DNA of 64,000 nt from an uncultured Acidobacteriota bacterium (GCA_963719115.1 CAVRBF010000028.1:5633-69632); one strand, 5' to 3'. Shown: positions 18,903 through 29,274, counted from the stretch's first letter. Program-made: numbers and translations. The notes: generated by a model from the letters alone, not told the origin.

Positions 18903-21131
18903 ATGGATTGCGCTGATAAAGCGAATAAGTCGCGAATACGTTCGTTGAACGTACTCGCTCGGTACCGGGCACGGTTTCTCACCTGTCTGGTTGTCCTATT
19001 CGGTTTCATGTTGCCGCAGCCCGCGCTCACCGCTGACCGCATCGAAGTTAAAACGCTCTCGTCGCGGCCTGACATGGTGAGCGGAGGAGGCGTGCTGGTG
19101 CAAGTCACCGGTCCGGCCGAACTGCTCGCGAAAAAGCTCTCCGTCGTGATTAACGGCCGCGACGTGACCAGCGCTTTCCGTGTCAGCCCCCTCACCCAGA
19201 CACTGGTTGGCCGTGTTGAAGGGCTGGAGCTGGGGAAAAACACCTTGGAGGTCAAAACCGGTCGCAAGGTTCGGGCGCGGCTGGAAATCGTCAATCATCC
19301 CATCACCGGGCCGATGTTTTCCGGTCCCCACCAGACTCCCTTCATCTGCCAGACGGAGTCGATGGGATTGGGCCCGGCGCTCGACGCTGATTGCAGCGCG
19401 AAGACGCAAGTAACCTATGTTTATAAGTCCACCCAACCGGCGTCTCCGGCGGACCGTGCGGCGAAGCGCAACCCCGATGATCCTCCCCGCGGATTCAAGC
19501 GCTACGACCCGTCCGGCCCGGCTCCTGACGACGTCGCGGAAGTGACCACCACTCAAGGAAAGAAGGTCAAGTACATCGTGCGCCGGGAGGTGGGTACCAT
19601 CAATCGCGCCATTTATGAAATCGCCTTCCTGCACGAGCCCGGAACGCCACTGCCCGACCCTTGGACGGACACTCCGGGCTGGAATCGCCGCCTGGTTTAC
19701 AGCTTCGGAGGCGGCTGCAATGCGGGCTACCGGCAGGGGCGTCCACCGGAAGCTGTGGACGGGATGTTCCTTTCGCAGGGCTACGCGCACGCCACGTCGT
19801 CGCTTAACGTCTTTGGCAATAATTGCGATCAGGTTATCTCGGCAGAAACGCTGGCGATGGTGAAGGAGCATTTCATCAAGCGATTTGGCGTGCCGGTGCA
19901 CACCATCGGCTGGGGCGGTTCGGGCGGATCGATGCAACAGCACCTCATCGGCCAAAACTATCCCGGCCTGCTGGACGGCATTATCCCCAGCATGAGCTAC
20001 CCTGACATCATCACGGTGGTGCCGGGCGTCGTGGATTGCACGCTGATGGCGCACGCCCTCGACAACGTGACCCAGCCCTGGACAGAGGAGCAGAAAACGG
20101 CAGCGTCGGGTTTTTCAACCTGGCAGGCCTGCTCGAAGGATTCGCGCGGCAATTCGTGGATCAAGACGCATTTTTCTCCGGACCTCAACCGGCCCATGAC
20201 GTGCGATTCGAGTATTTCCCACTCATTGGTGTACGATCCCGTGTCGAACCCGAAGGGCGCGCGCTGCGACGTTTATGACAATGAAGCCAACGTTTTCGGA
20301 CGCGACCCCAAGACGGGATTTGCCCGTCGCCCACTGGACAACATCGGGGTTCAATATGGGCTGGTGGCCTTCAATAGCGGAACCATCACGGCGGAGCAAT
20401 TCGTGGAGTTGAATGAGAAGATGGGTGGCTACGATGACGACGGAAAGATTGTGGCCGCGCGCATGACCGGCGATCCAGAAGCGCTCCGCGTGGCTTACCA
20501 GACGGGCCAAGTGGATCAGGGAGCGGCTGGATTGGCCTCCATCCCGATCATCGATATCCGCGCCTATGTGGATAACGTCCCGGATATTCACGACGAATAT
20601 CGGTCGTTTGTCACCCGTGCCCGGCTCGAAGCCGCGAACGGCAGCGCCGACAATCAGGTGATTCTTACGTTTCCCTTCGTTCTTCGTCCTGGCCAAAATC
20701 TGCGCACCACATTCGCGGACGAGTTGAAGACCCTTGTGCCCTCGATGGATCGATGGCTCGACAACATTGCCAAAGACCGCTCTTCGCGCAGCGCGCTGGA
20801 GAAGATTGTTGCCGCCAAGCCCGAGAGCGTTGCGGATGGTTGCTGGTCTGACGATGGTGAGCGGATTGTTGAGGCGCGAACTTACAACGGCCCCGGCCGG
20901 TGCAACCAATTGTTTCCGCCGCACGGTGATCCGCGAATCGCCGCCGGGCAGCCACTCACGGAAGACATCCTGAAGTGTGCGTTGAAGCCCGTGGAGGCCA
21001 AGGATTATGTGCACCCGTTGACGGAAGACCTACTGGCGCGTTTAAAGGTGATCTTCCCGCACGGCGTGTGCGATTATACCCGTCCGGGGATTGGCCAGTC
21101 GCCGCCGGAGGGAAGTTGGCACAAGTACTGA
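18903..21131 (+). CDS. Exported hypothetical protein, alpha/beta-hydrolase-like (tannase/feruloyl-esterase- or DUF6351-like)
   Basis: AGGGAG RBS 6 nt before the ATG at 18903 and a hydrophobic leader FLTCLVVLFGFMLPQPALTA. It has a GWGGSGGSMQQH nucleophile-elbow-like motif. The family assignment is from memory only. Confidence 0.45.
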   Translation: MDCADKANKSRIRSLNVLARYRARFLTCLVVLFGFMLPQPALTADRIEVKTLSSRPDMVSGGGVLVQVTGPAELLAKKLSVVINGRDVTSAFRVSPLTQTLVGRVEGLELGKNTLEVKTGRKVRARLEIVNHPITGPMFSGPHQTPFICQTESMGLGPALDADCSAKTQVTYVYKSTQPASPADRAAKRNPDDPPRGFKRYDPSGPAPDDVAEVTTTQGKKVKYIVRREVGTINRAIYEIAFLHEPGTPLPDPWTDTPGWNRRLVYSFGGGCNAGYRQGRPPEAVDGMFLSQGYAHATSSLNVFGNNCDQVISAETLAMVKEHFIKRFGVPVHTIGWGGSGGSMQQHLIGQNYPGLLDGIIPSMSYPDIITVVPGVVDCTLMAHALDNVTQPWTEEQKTAASGFSTWQACSKDSRGNSWIKTHFSPDLNRPMTCDSSISHSLVYDPVSNPKGARCDVYDNEANVFGRDPKTGFARRPLDNIGVQYGLVAFNSGTITAEQFVELNEKMGGYDDDGKIVAARMTGDPEALRVAYQTGQVDQGAAGLASIPIIDIRAYVDNVPDIHDEYRSFVTRARLEAANGSADNQVILTFPFVLRPGQNLRTTFADELKTLVPSMDRWLDNIAKDRSSRSALEKIVAAKPESVADGCWSDDGERIVEARTYNGPGRCNQLFPPHGDPRIAAGQPLTEDILKCALKPVEAKDYVHPLTEDLLARLKVIFPHGVCDYTRPGIGQSPPEGSWHKY

Positions 21132-21193
21132 GGCCGGCGTCGTTGTGTCGGGTAACGCAGGGCGGCCCAAGAAATACTCAGAGGAGAAAACTC

Positions 21194-22315
21194 GTGAAAC
21201 ATGCCCGTCAGATCGGAACGGCGTGGTTGGTGCCCGCGATGAGCGCCCTTGTACTCTTCGCGTTGCTGATTTTGACGTGGCGGCGTGAAGCACGCTGCGA
21301 GCCCGCCCCGCCTAATGACTTTGCCGGATTTTCTGCTCTTAGCCCGATCGATGCTCACGCCCATCTGTTCGCCAATAATGCCGCCGCTGTGGCCCTGCTG
21401 AAAAGACTGAACGTTCACATTCTTAACATCTGTGTGGTAGTTCAGCATGGCCGTGGCTACGATGAGGCCGCGCCGCTCAACCGGACGGCGCGCGAATACC
21501 GGCATAATTCCGAAGGTCACGAGGCGTGGTGCTCCACCTTCGACCCGCAGGATTTCGAAAAGCCCGGATTCGCGGACCACTCGATCCAGATTCTCAATGA
21601 AACCTTTGCCCAGGGCGCCGTCGCGGTCAAGATCTGGAAGGCGATCGGCATGGATTTGAAAAAACGCGATGGATCCTACCTGATGGCCGACGATCCGGTG
21701 TTCGCCCCGATTTATGCGGATATCGCCGCGCACCACCACACGCTGATTGCGCACCTTGCCGAGCCCACCTCGTGCTGGAACCCGCCCAATCCGAACAGCC
21801 CGGACTACAGCTACTATCAGCAGCATCCGGAGTGGTACATGTTCCGGCACCCGGATCATCCTTCGAAGCAGACCATCCTCGCGGCGCGTGACCGCCTGCT
21901 TGCGAATAATCCCACGCTGCGAGTGGTGGGCTGCCACTTGGGAAGCATGGAACTGGACGTCGATCAGATCGCGCGGCACTTTGACCGCTACCCGAATTTT
22001 GCCGTCGATACCGCGGCGCGCGTCCAGTACCTCATGATGCAATCTCCCGAGAAGGTGCGGGCGTTCCTCACCAAGTACCAGGACCGCGTACTTTACGGGA
22101 CAGACAACGGTTTGGAGCCCGGCAACGATCCGGCCAGTACGTTGCCACGGTGGGAAGACCGCTATCTTCGCGACTGGCGATACTTCGCGACCGACGAATG
22201 GGTGGAGTATCACGGCAAGAAATACCGCGGCCTGGCGTTGCCTCAGCCTATTTTGCGCAAGCTTTATCACGATAATGCGGTGCGGTGGGTGCCGGGAATC
22301 CTGCCAGCGCAGTGA
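21194..22315 (+). CDS. Amidohydrolase_2-family metal-dependent hydrolase (membrane-anchored or exported)
   Basis: GAGGAG RBS (21181-21186) followed by GTG at 21194. It has an N-terminal hydrophobic helix and IDAHAHLF (an HxH metal motif). The ORF's upstream extension overlaps the preceding gene. Confidence 0.65.
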   Translation: MKHARQIGTAWLVPAMSALVLFALLILTWRREARCEPAPPNDFAGFSALSPIDAHAHLFANNAAAVALLKRLNVHILNICVVVQHGRGYDEAAPLNRTAREYRHNSEGHEAWCSTFDPQDFEKPGFADHSIQILNETFAQGAVAVKIWKAIGMDLKKRDGSYLMADDPVFAPIYADIAAHHHTLIAHLAEPTSCWNPPNPNSPDYSYYQQHPEWYMFRHPDHPSKQTILAARDRLLANNPTLRVVGCHLGSMELDVDQIARHFDRYPNFAVDTAARVQYLMMQSPEKVRAFLTKYQDRVLYGTDNGLEPGNDPASTLPRWEDRYLRDWRYFATDEWVEYHGKKYRGLALPQPILRKLYHDNAVRWVPGILPAQ

Positions 22316-22324
22316 AACGGAGCA

Positions 22325-24514
22325 TTGAAAATGAAACTGATCAGAACATTTCTGCTTGTGGTTCTTGTTCTCGCGCTGGCTGTGCCGCTCGGCGCGCAGT
22401 CCGCGAACAAGCTGGATTTTCTCACCGACCTTCACGACTACGCCCGCCTGCCCAGCATGTTGAAGGATTATTTGAATGCGCAGGCGTTTGCCCAACTGGA
22501 GTTGCGCCGCCAGCAGGTGGCCCGCATTTCGAACCCCGACGAAGTGGCCATGCGCCGCGCGTACTTGCGTGAGGCGATGGTGCGCGATCTCGGCGGATTT
22601 CCGGTGCGAACGCCGCTGAATGCGCGCGTCGTCGGCACGCTGGATCGCGACGGGTACAAAATCGAAAAGGTCATTTTCGAAAGCCAGCCGCATTTTTATG
22701 TCACGGGCAATCTCTATTTGCCGAAGGTCGGTTCTCCTCCGTATCCCGGCGTGCTTTTCCCGCTGGGACATGAATTGGGGGGCAAGTCAAATGGCGATTG
22801 GCAGCAGACGCTGGCCAACTTTGCGCGACGCGGATACGTCTGCTTCGCGTGGGACCCCATCGGCCAGGGCGAACGCGTGCAGCTTTACGATCCCGATCTC
22901 GAGCAAAGCAAGATTCCCGCGTCCACCGACGAGCACACGGACATCGGTCTCCAATGCCTGCTGATTGGCGACAACATTGCGCGCTACACCATCTGGGACG
23001 GCATGCGCGCGCTGGATTATCTGCTCTCGCGGCCGGAGGTTGACTCGACGCGCATCGCGTGCACGGGAAATTCCGGAGGCGGAACGCACACGGCCTATCT
23101 TTCCGCGCTCGACGACCGCATCAAGGTGGCCATGCCCTCGTGCTACATCACTTCCTGGCGGTGGCTGCTGGAAACCATCGGTCCCCAGGACGCCGAACAG
23201 TGCATTCCCCCGTGGATCAGCCAGGGATTTGACCATGGGGATTTCGTGCTGGCGTTCTCGCCCAAGCCTTATCTGATTCTCTCGGCGATCCGCGATTTCT
23301 TCTCCATCAATGGCGCGCGCGAGACATATCACGAGGAGCAGCACGTTTACGCGGTCATGGGCGCGCCTGACAAGTTGAGTCAATTCGAGGCTGACAACGG
23401 ACATGGATACTTGCAGCCGCGCCGCGTGGCGGCCTACCAGTGGCTCAGTCGCTGGTTTAAGGGGCAGGAGGACAACACGCCGGAAGTGCCCGTCCAGCCC
23501 GTGTCCGAGGAAGGACTGCGATGCACCGCCTCGGGGCAAGTGTTGGTGTCGCTGGGTGGCGAGACGGTCTTTTCCCTGAACCAGAAAAGGTACGAGGGCG
23601 TCAAGCCACAGCGGCCCTCGCTGTCCGACCCACAGGCCGTCGCCGCATTTCAGCGCAAGATCTCCGGTGCGGTTCGCCGCCGGGCCGAGCAGATTACCAC
23701 GCCCCTCGCTGAGCCCAAGCCTTTCGGCGTGATCCAGAAGGAAGGCTACCGAATTGAGAAACTGACCTACGAGAGCGAGCCTGGCATCATTATTCCCAGC
23801 CTGCTCTTTGTTCCCTCCAACATTGAGAGCCGTGCGCCTGCGGTCATCTACGTGAACTCGATCGGCAAGTCGGCCGGGGCGGGAGAAATCGAATCCCTGG
23901 TGAAAGGCGGTTTTGTGGTCCTTGCCATTGACGCGCGCGGATGGGGAGAAACCGCCGCGAATTCTAGCGAGGACGCAAGATCGTTCAACGAGCTGTTCCC
24001 GAACTACAACTTGGCGATGACCGCCATGCTGCTGGGCAAGTCGCTGGTGGCGATGCGCGCCGAAGACATTAGGCGCGGGATTGATCTCCTTGCCCGCCGG
24101 CCGGAAGTGGACGGCGAGAAAATATATGGCATGGGAGTGGACTTGGCCACGGTACCTCTTCTGCACGCGGCCGTACTCGATGCGCGGCTGAAAAAGGTCA
24201 TTCTGGAAGGCGGCTTGGCTTCCTATGACATGATCGAGACCTCTAAAATCCAACATGGCATTGTGGAAAGCGTCATTCCCGGCGTGTTGAAAGACTACGA
24301 TCTGCCGGATCTGGTGGCCGCACTGGCTCCGCGCCCGACGTGGATCGTCGATGCTCGTGACCCGCTGGGATATCGCGCGGGAATCGTCAAGGTGCGGGGG
24401 CAATATGCCGCTGCGGCAGACGCTTTCAACGCCTTGGCTGCAAAGGACGCACTCCACATTGAAGTAACCGAACCAAAAGAGGAATTCGACATTACGTATC
24501 GAGGCTTGAAATGA
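22325..24514 (+). CDS. Two-module alpha/beta-hydrolase (acetyl-xylan-esterase/Abhydrolase_7-like), paralogue 1
   Basis: Sec signal MKMKLIRTFLLVVLVLALAVPLGAQS. Module 1 carries CTGNSGGG (GxSxG). Module 2 repeats the fold (GYRIEKLTYESEPG..., VVLAIDARGWGET) but has GMGVD at the elbow. Confidence 0.7.
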   Translation: MKMKLIRTFLLVVLVLALAVPLGAQSANKLDFLTDLHDYARLPSMLKDYLNAQAFAQLELRRQQVARISNPDEVAMRRAYLREAMVRDLGGFPVRTPLNARVVGTLDRDGYKIEKVIFESQPHFYVTGNLYLPKVGSPPYPGVLFPLGHELGGKSNGDWQQTLANFARRGYVCFAWDPIGQGERVQLYDPDLEQSKIPASTDEHTDIGLQCLLIGDNIARYTIWDGMRALDYLLSRPEVDSTRIACTGNSGGGTHTAYLSALDDRIKVAMPSCYITSWRWLLETIGPQDAEQCIPPWISQGFDHGDFVLAFSPKPYLILSAIRDFFSINGARETYHEEQHVYAVMGAPDKLSQFEADNGHGYLQPRRVAAYQWLSRWFKGQEDNTPEVPVQPVSEEGLRCTASGQVLVSLGGETVFSLNQKRYEGVKPQRPSLSDPQAVAAFQRKISGAVRRRAEQITTPLAEPKPFGVIQKEGYRIEKLTYESEPGIIIPSLLFVPSNIESRAPAVIYVNSIGKSAGAGEIESLVKGGFVVLAIDARGWGETAANSSEDARSFNELFPNYNLAMTAMLLGKSLVAMRAEDIRRGIDLLARRPEVDGEKIYGMGVDLATVPLLHAAVLDARLKKVILEGGLASYDMIETSKIQHGIVESVIPGVLKDYDLPDLVAALAPRPTWIVDARDPLGYRAGIVKVRGQYAAAADAFNALAAKDALHIEVTEPKEEFDITYRGLK

Positions 24515-24557
24515 AGCGTTGCTTTTGCCGCAATTGAAAACTTACCGGGAGGGTACC

Positions 24558-26657
24558 ATGCCACGTCAACGCAAGGCCTGGGGAATGGTGTTGATCGCCA
24601 TCGGTGCTTTCATCGCGCTTGCCTTGAGTGCAGGCATGCTCCCGTTGGCCTCGCCGCCGCCCGCTCAATCCGACAGACCTCGCCCATCGTGGCTGCACAC
24701 CATGCCGATTGTGACGGTGTCGAACCACGATAGCATGCCCATCTTTCGCCGGCGCGTGGGCGGAAACCCCACCTGGCAGGAAGAGGACTACGAAAAGGAG
24801 CACACGCCTGAGGCCATCGACAAGCTCAAGGAACTCGGCGTGACCGTGGTCATCATCCACTTCTACAAGGGATTCGGACTGGAGGCGGAAAAGGAGCACC
24901 GCGAAAAAGGCATGAAACTCGCCGCGCTGGTGAAGAGCAAGGGTTTAAAGGTGGGCGTTTATGTGGGCAGCACCATCGCCTATGAAACCTTTTTGCTCGA
25001 GAAGCCAGAGGCGGAGGACTGGTTTGTCCCCGATTTTATGGGCCGGCCCGTTATCTACGATAGTCAAACGTTTCGCAAGCGCGTCTACTTCATGCACCCC
25101 GGTTACCGCGAGTACATGCGCCGCGTGTTGAAAACGGCGGAAGACGACTACCACGCGGACCTGATTCACTTTGACAACACCAGCATGCAGGCGCAGCCGC
25201 CGATTTTCCAGCACCCGCTGGCCGTCGAGCAGTTTCGCGACTTCCTGCGCGAAAAGTATTCCCCCGAGGAATTGAAGCAGCGACTGGGATTCTCCGACGT
25301 ACGTTACGTGCTGCCGCCGCGTTACGACAGGCCGCTGGGTGCGATTGACGATCCGCTGTTTCAGGAGTGGGCGGACTTTCGCTGCACCATGCTGACGCGC
25401 TATTACACGGAGATGGAGGCCCTCCTGCGCCAGCAGAATCCTGACGTAGCGGTGGAGACCAACCCACACATGGGAATTTCCGGCCGCAACACCATCTGGG
25501 ACGAAGGCGTGGACTATCCCCGCCTGCTCTCACATCTGGATGCAGTGTGGACGGAAGAGGGCGATCCCGCGGGCGTCACCGACCAGGGCATCATGGTCAA
25601 TCGCATTCGCACCTTCAAGATGACCAACACGCTGCACAACACGCTGTTCGTCGCTTCCGGCGGATCGGACGGCAACACTTTGCAGATGGCCGAGGCGCTG
25701 GCGTTCGGCCGCCAGTGCATAGGCGACGTAGGCGGAGTGCTGGCCGGCTACGACCTGCCGCAGGACCAGCGCCGCTACTTGAAGTTCTTTCACGGCAATT
25801 TCGATTACTATCGTGACATCGACAACATTGCAGACGTCGCCGTGCTTCACTCTTATGCCACCATGGGCTTCAACAACGATCGCCCGGCCGTCAGCACCAT
25901 GCTCTTTGAGCAGTCGCTGATACAAGGCAAAGTGCCTTTTGACATCATCTTCGACGACAATCTCAAGGACCTTTCCAAGTATCATGTGTTAGCCCTGACC
26001 GATCAGGAATGCCTGAGCGACGAGCAGATGGACCTGGTCCGGCAATTTGTGCGCGGTGGCGGCGGGCTGGTGGTGAGTGAACACACGTCGTTGTACACGC
26101 CCTGGAGGCAGCGAAGGCGCAACTTTGGGCTCAAAGATTTGATTGGCTTGGACGCTCCGCCCTGGCGCGGCAGCTATGAGCCCGAGCCGATTTTGAAAAC
26201 CAGCACCCACAACAGGTTCGGAAGCGGCCGGGTGGTGTACATTCCGGAAGTGAAGGCGGTCATTGCCAAGCCTCACGGCGAGCCCATGACTAGCGAGTAC
26301 TGGAAGCTTCCCGCCAATTGGAAGGAACTGAATGATTCGGTAAAGTGGGCAGCGGGTGGGCAGCTTTCCATGGAGGTCACCGCTCCCACCACCGTGGCGG
26401 CGGAGCTTGTTGAACAGCGACAAGGCAAGCGCCTGATGGTCCACCTGGTGAACTACAATGTTGCCAAAGTCCCGGCGGTGACGGGCATTCAGGTCAGCCT
26501 GCAATTGGCGCCTAAGCAAAAAGTGCGCAAGGCGTTTCTGCTCTCACCGGAACAAGAAGGCACGCGGTCGCTGATGGTGACGGAACAGAACGGCCGCGCC
26601 TTGATCACTGTACCGGAGCTGCGAACCTATGCGCTGGCGGTGGTGCAGACGGAATAA
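24558..26657 (+). CDS. Membrane-anchored GH42-like / TIM-barrel glycoside-hydrolase-like protein
   Basis: GGGAGGG RBS followed by ATG at 24558, then an N-terminal TM helix (WGMVLIAIGAFIALALSAGML). The layout looks GH42-like, with a barrel followed by a C-terminal region, but this is a fold-level guess. Confidence 0.45.
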   Translation: MPRQRKAWGMVLIAIGAFIALALSAGMLPLASPPPAQSDRPRPSWLHTMPIVTVSNHDSMPIFRRRVGGNPTWQEEDYEKEHTPEAIDKLKELGVTVVIIHFYKGFGLEAEKEHREKGMKLAALVKSKGLKVGVYVGSTIAYETFLLEKPEAEDWFVPDFMGRPVIYDSQTFRKRVYFMHPGYREYMRRVLKTAEDDYHADLIHFDNTSMQAQPPIFQHPLAVEQFRDFLREKYSPEELKQRLGFSDVRYVLPPRYDRPLGAIDDPLFQEWADFRCTMLTRYYTEMEALLRQQNPDVAVETNPHMGISGRNTIWDEGVDYPRLLSHLDAVWTEEGDPAGVTDQGIMVNRIRTFKMTNTLHNTLFVASGGSDGNTLQMAEALAFGRQCIGDVGGVLAGYDLPQDQRRYLKFFHGNFDYYRDIDNIADVAVLHSYATMGFNNDRPAVSTMLFEQSLIQGKVPFDIIFDDNLKDLSKYHVLALTDQECLSDEQMDLVRQFVRGGGGLVVSEHTSLYTPWRQRRRNFGLKDLIGLDAPPWRGSYEPEPILKTSTHNRFGSGRVVYIPEVKAVIAKPHGEPMTSEYWKLPANWKELNDSVKWAAGGQLSMEVTAPTTVAAELVEQRQGKRLMVHLVNYNVAKVPAVTGIQVSLQLAPKQKVRKAFLLSPEQEGTRSLMVTEQNGRALITVPELRTYALAVVQTE

Positions 26658-26678
26658 ATTCCCGTGGCGAGGAGTACG

Positions 26679-28892
26679 ATGATCCGACGACAATTCCTGC
26701 AATGGGCCGGCGCTTTGCCGCTCGCCTCCGCCCTGCGTCTGCCACTGGCGGCGGGGCAGGCGAATGAGTCCAGAGTTCACTCCTATAGCGACGACTATCC
26801 CGACATGCTGGTGACTTACATCGAATCCAAGAGCAACGCGCTGGCGGCGAAGTGGGACAAGGTGCGAAGCGAGATCCACACCGCCGCGGACCTGGAAAAT
26901 CGCAATCGTTTTGTGCGGGAAAAGATTCGCGAGATGCTGTGCGGTTTCCCGGAGCGCAATCCGCTGGGTCCTGTCGTAACCAAGGTGCAGCAACGGCCTG
27001 GTTATCGCGTCGAGAACGTCATGTTCCAGAGCCGCCCGAACTTTTGGGTGACGGCGAACCTTTATGTGCCCACCTCCGGCACCGGACCCTTTCCGGGAAT
27101 CATCTCTCCCTGCGGACACTACGCGCCGGCGCGCACGTATGAGGCCTACCAGTATCTCTACCAGGACCTGGTGAGAAGCGGCTTTGTGGTGCTTGCCTAC
27201 GATCCCATCGGGCAGGGCGAACGGCGGCAGTTCTGGAATCCGCAGACCAATGTCAATGAAATCGGCGGATCGCCCACGTGGGAGCACGACATGCCCGGCC
27301 ACCTGCTCTTTCTGCTGGGCGAGAACCTGACGGAGTATCGGGTTTGGGACGGCATGCGCGCCATCGATTACCTGGAGACGCGCCCGGAGGTGGACGCGGA
27401 GCGCATCGGCTGCACGGGCCACTCCGGCGGCGGCACGCTAACCCTCTACATCTCCTCCATCGATGAACGTGTGCAGTGTGCGGTGATGAACGAGGGCGGG
27501 TCGGGGCGGCGCTGGCCGATGCACCTTGGACCCGGCGACGAGATTGGCACCGGCGACGCGGAGCAGCATTTCTTTCCTGCCGGGATTTACGGCATCGATA
27601 TGTACGACACCCGCATGGCCATTGCTCCACGGCCCGCGCTGTCCACTATCGAGCACTACTCGCCCAATTTCGACACCGAAACCGAGCGCATACGTGCCGG
27701 TTATCGGCTGTTGGGAGCGCCGGAGGCTTTCGACACGCTGGAGGCTCTGGACCCGCACGCCCTGACCCCCAAGCTGCGCCTGCGCACCGTCGATTGGTTC
27801 TGCCGGTGGTTCTATCAGCGGCCCGGCCCAACTACCGAACCAGCGTTTGTCCCGGAACCACCGGAGTCGCTCGACTGCACGCCCAACGGTTCGCTTCGCT
27901 ATTCGCAGCAAGGTGAGACGGTCTTCTCTCTCATCTTGAAGAAGGGGGCTGCGCTGCCGCCATCGGGCAAGGCGCCGAGTTCGCGTGCGGAGGTGGATTC
28001 TTTCCGCCGCGAGATCGAGGGCCAAATCAAGGATTTGCTCCGGTTCCAGCCTTCGGCCTCAGACCTCAGTGTGAGGGTGTTGGAGACCACGCCGCGCCGC
28101 GGTTACCACATCGAGAAGTTGGAATTCCTTTCTGAGCCGGGGATCTATATTCCAACGTGGGTTTTTGTGCCGGACGGGAAGTTCGCACCGGCGCCGGCCA
28201 TTCTCTACGTTGACGAGGCCGGGAAGGAACAGCAGGGCATGGAATTCGGTTTCTTGGAACAGCTTGTCCGCAAAGGGCACTGTGTGGTCGCGGTGGACGT
28301 GCGCGGCGTGGGAAGCACCAAGCCCGCCCATCCCGATATGGACCCGGCCTCGCAATGGACGAATCTGGAAGATGCGCAGACGGCCATGGCGTACTGGCTC
28401 TGGGAAATCAACGAGTCACTTCTCGGGATGCGGGTGCTGGACGTGCTCCGAAGCGTCGATTACGTGCTCAGCCGCCCGGACGTTGACCGCCCGGGCGTGC
28501 ATCTTGTTGGTAGGGGGCAGGGCGCGCTGTGGACGCTCTTCGCGGCGGCGCTGGATTCACGTATATTAGCCACGGTTTGCGATCGCGGTTTGTTGTCTTA
28601 CCGGTCCCTCACGCAAGTCGATCGGTACGTCTACAGCGCCGATGCCTTTATCCCCGACGTGCTGAATCACTTCGACCTGCCGCAGGTGGCGGCTGCCATT
28701 GCACCGCGATCTGTGGCGCTGGTTGCTCCTCTCGATCCCATGAAGAACGCCGTTGATCCGGACTTGGCGCGCTCGGCCTATCAGTGGACGGAAGCTGTCT
28801 ACAAGGCCGTCGCCGCGGCGGGACGTTTTCGCGTCGCAGGCCCATGCGATGAAGGGGACCGGGCAGAGCGCTATCTGGACCTGCTTTCATGA
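26679..28892 (+). CDS. Two-module alpha/beta-hydrolase, paralogue 2 (TAT-exported)
   Basis: MIRRQFLQWAGALPLASA twin-arginine signal. Module 1 has CTGHSGGG. Module 2 has VGRGQGAL at the elbow. It is collinear with the 22325-24514 protein. Confidence 0.7.
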   Translation: MIRRQFLQWAGALPLASALRLPLAAGQANESRVHSYSDDYPDMLVTYIESKSNALAAKWDKVRSEIHTAADLENRNRFVREKIREMLCGFPERNPLGPVVTKVQQRPGYRVENVMFQSRPNFWVTANLYVPTSGTGPFPGIISPCGHYAPARTYEAYQYLYQDLVRSGFVVLAYDPIGQGERRQFWNPQTNVNEIGGSPTWEHDMPGHLLFLLGENLTEYRVWDGMRAIDYLETRPEVDAERIGCTGHSGGGTLTLYISSIDERVQCAVMNEGGSGRRWPMHLGPGDEIGTGDAEQHFFPAGIYGIDMYDTRMAIAPRPALSTIEHYSPNFDTETERIRAGYRLLGAPEAFDTLEALDPHALTPKLRLRTVDWFCRWFYQRPGPTTEPAFVPEPPESLDCTPNGSLRYSQQGETVFSLILKKGAALPPSGKAPSSRAEVDSFRREIEGQIKDLLRFQPSASDLSVRVLETTPRRGYHIEKLEFLSEPGIYIPTWVFVPDGKFAPAPAILYVDEAGKEQQGMEFGFLEQLVRKGHCVVAVDVRGVGSTKPAHPDMDPASQWTNLEDAQTAMAYWLWEINESLLGMRVLDVLRSVDYVLSRPDVDRPGVHLVGRGQGALWTLFAAALDSRILATVCDRGLLSYRSLTQVDRYVYSADAFIPDVLNHFDLPQVAAAIAPRSVALVAPLDPMKNAVDPDLARSAYQWTEAVYKAVAAAGRFRVAGPCDEGDRAERYLDLLS

Positions 28893-29040
28893 CACTTGAG
28901 GTGGTGGTGTGCTGGTGCTGTGCAATATCGTACACTGCCGAAGTTACTGTTCCGTGAATTCCAGCACCTGGTAACTTAAGTCCGCTCTTGCTTTGTAACA
29001 TGAAATGTCACTCCGTGATCCTGACCCCGCTTTTCAGGGT

Positions 29041-29165
29041 GAAGGACCCCGGTATTTCGTCTTATCCAGGCGCCGCAGCGTGCTGCGGCCGTCTGCTGCC
29101 GCGCCCGGCTTCCTACGTACAATGAAAAGGGTCCTTCGCCCTGAAATGCGGGCTCAGGATGACAG
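29041..29165 (+). repeat. ~130-bp interspersed element, copy B
   Basis: gaaggaccccggtatttcgtcttatcc...cctacgtacaatgaaaagggtccttcgccctgaaatgcgggctcaggatgacag, in the same orientation as copy A. Confidence 0.75.
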
Positions 29166-29274
29166 GGCTTTTGGTTTGTGTGAATAACTGGCGACTGTCG
29201 AGTGCGGCACGGAGGTGGTGACAGCGCTCGGTCACCCGCTCACCCGAGCACCCGATGGCCCGATGACTCGAGTC

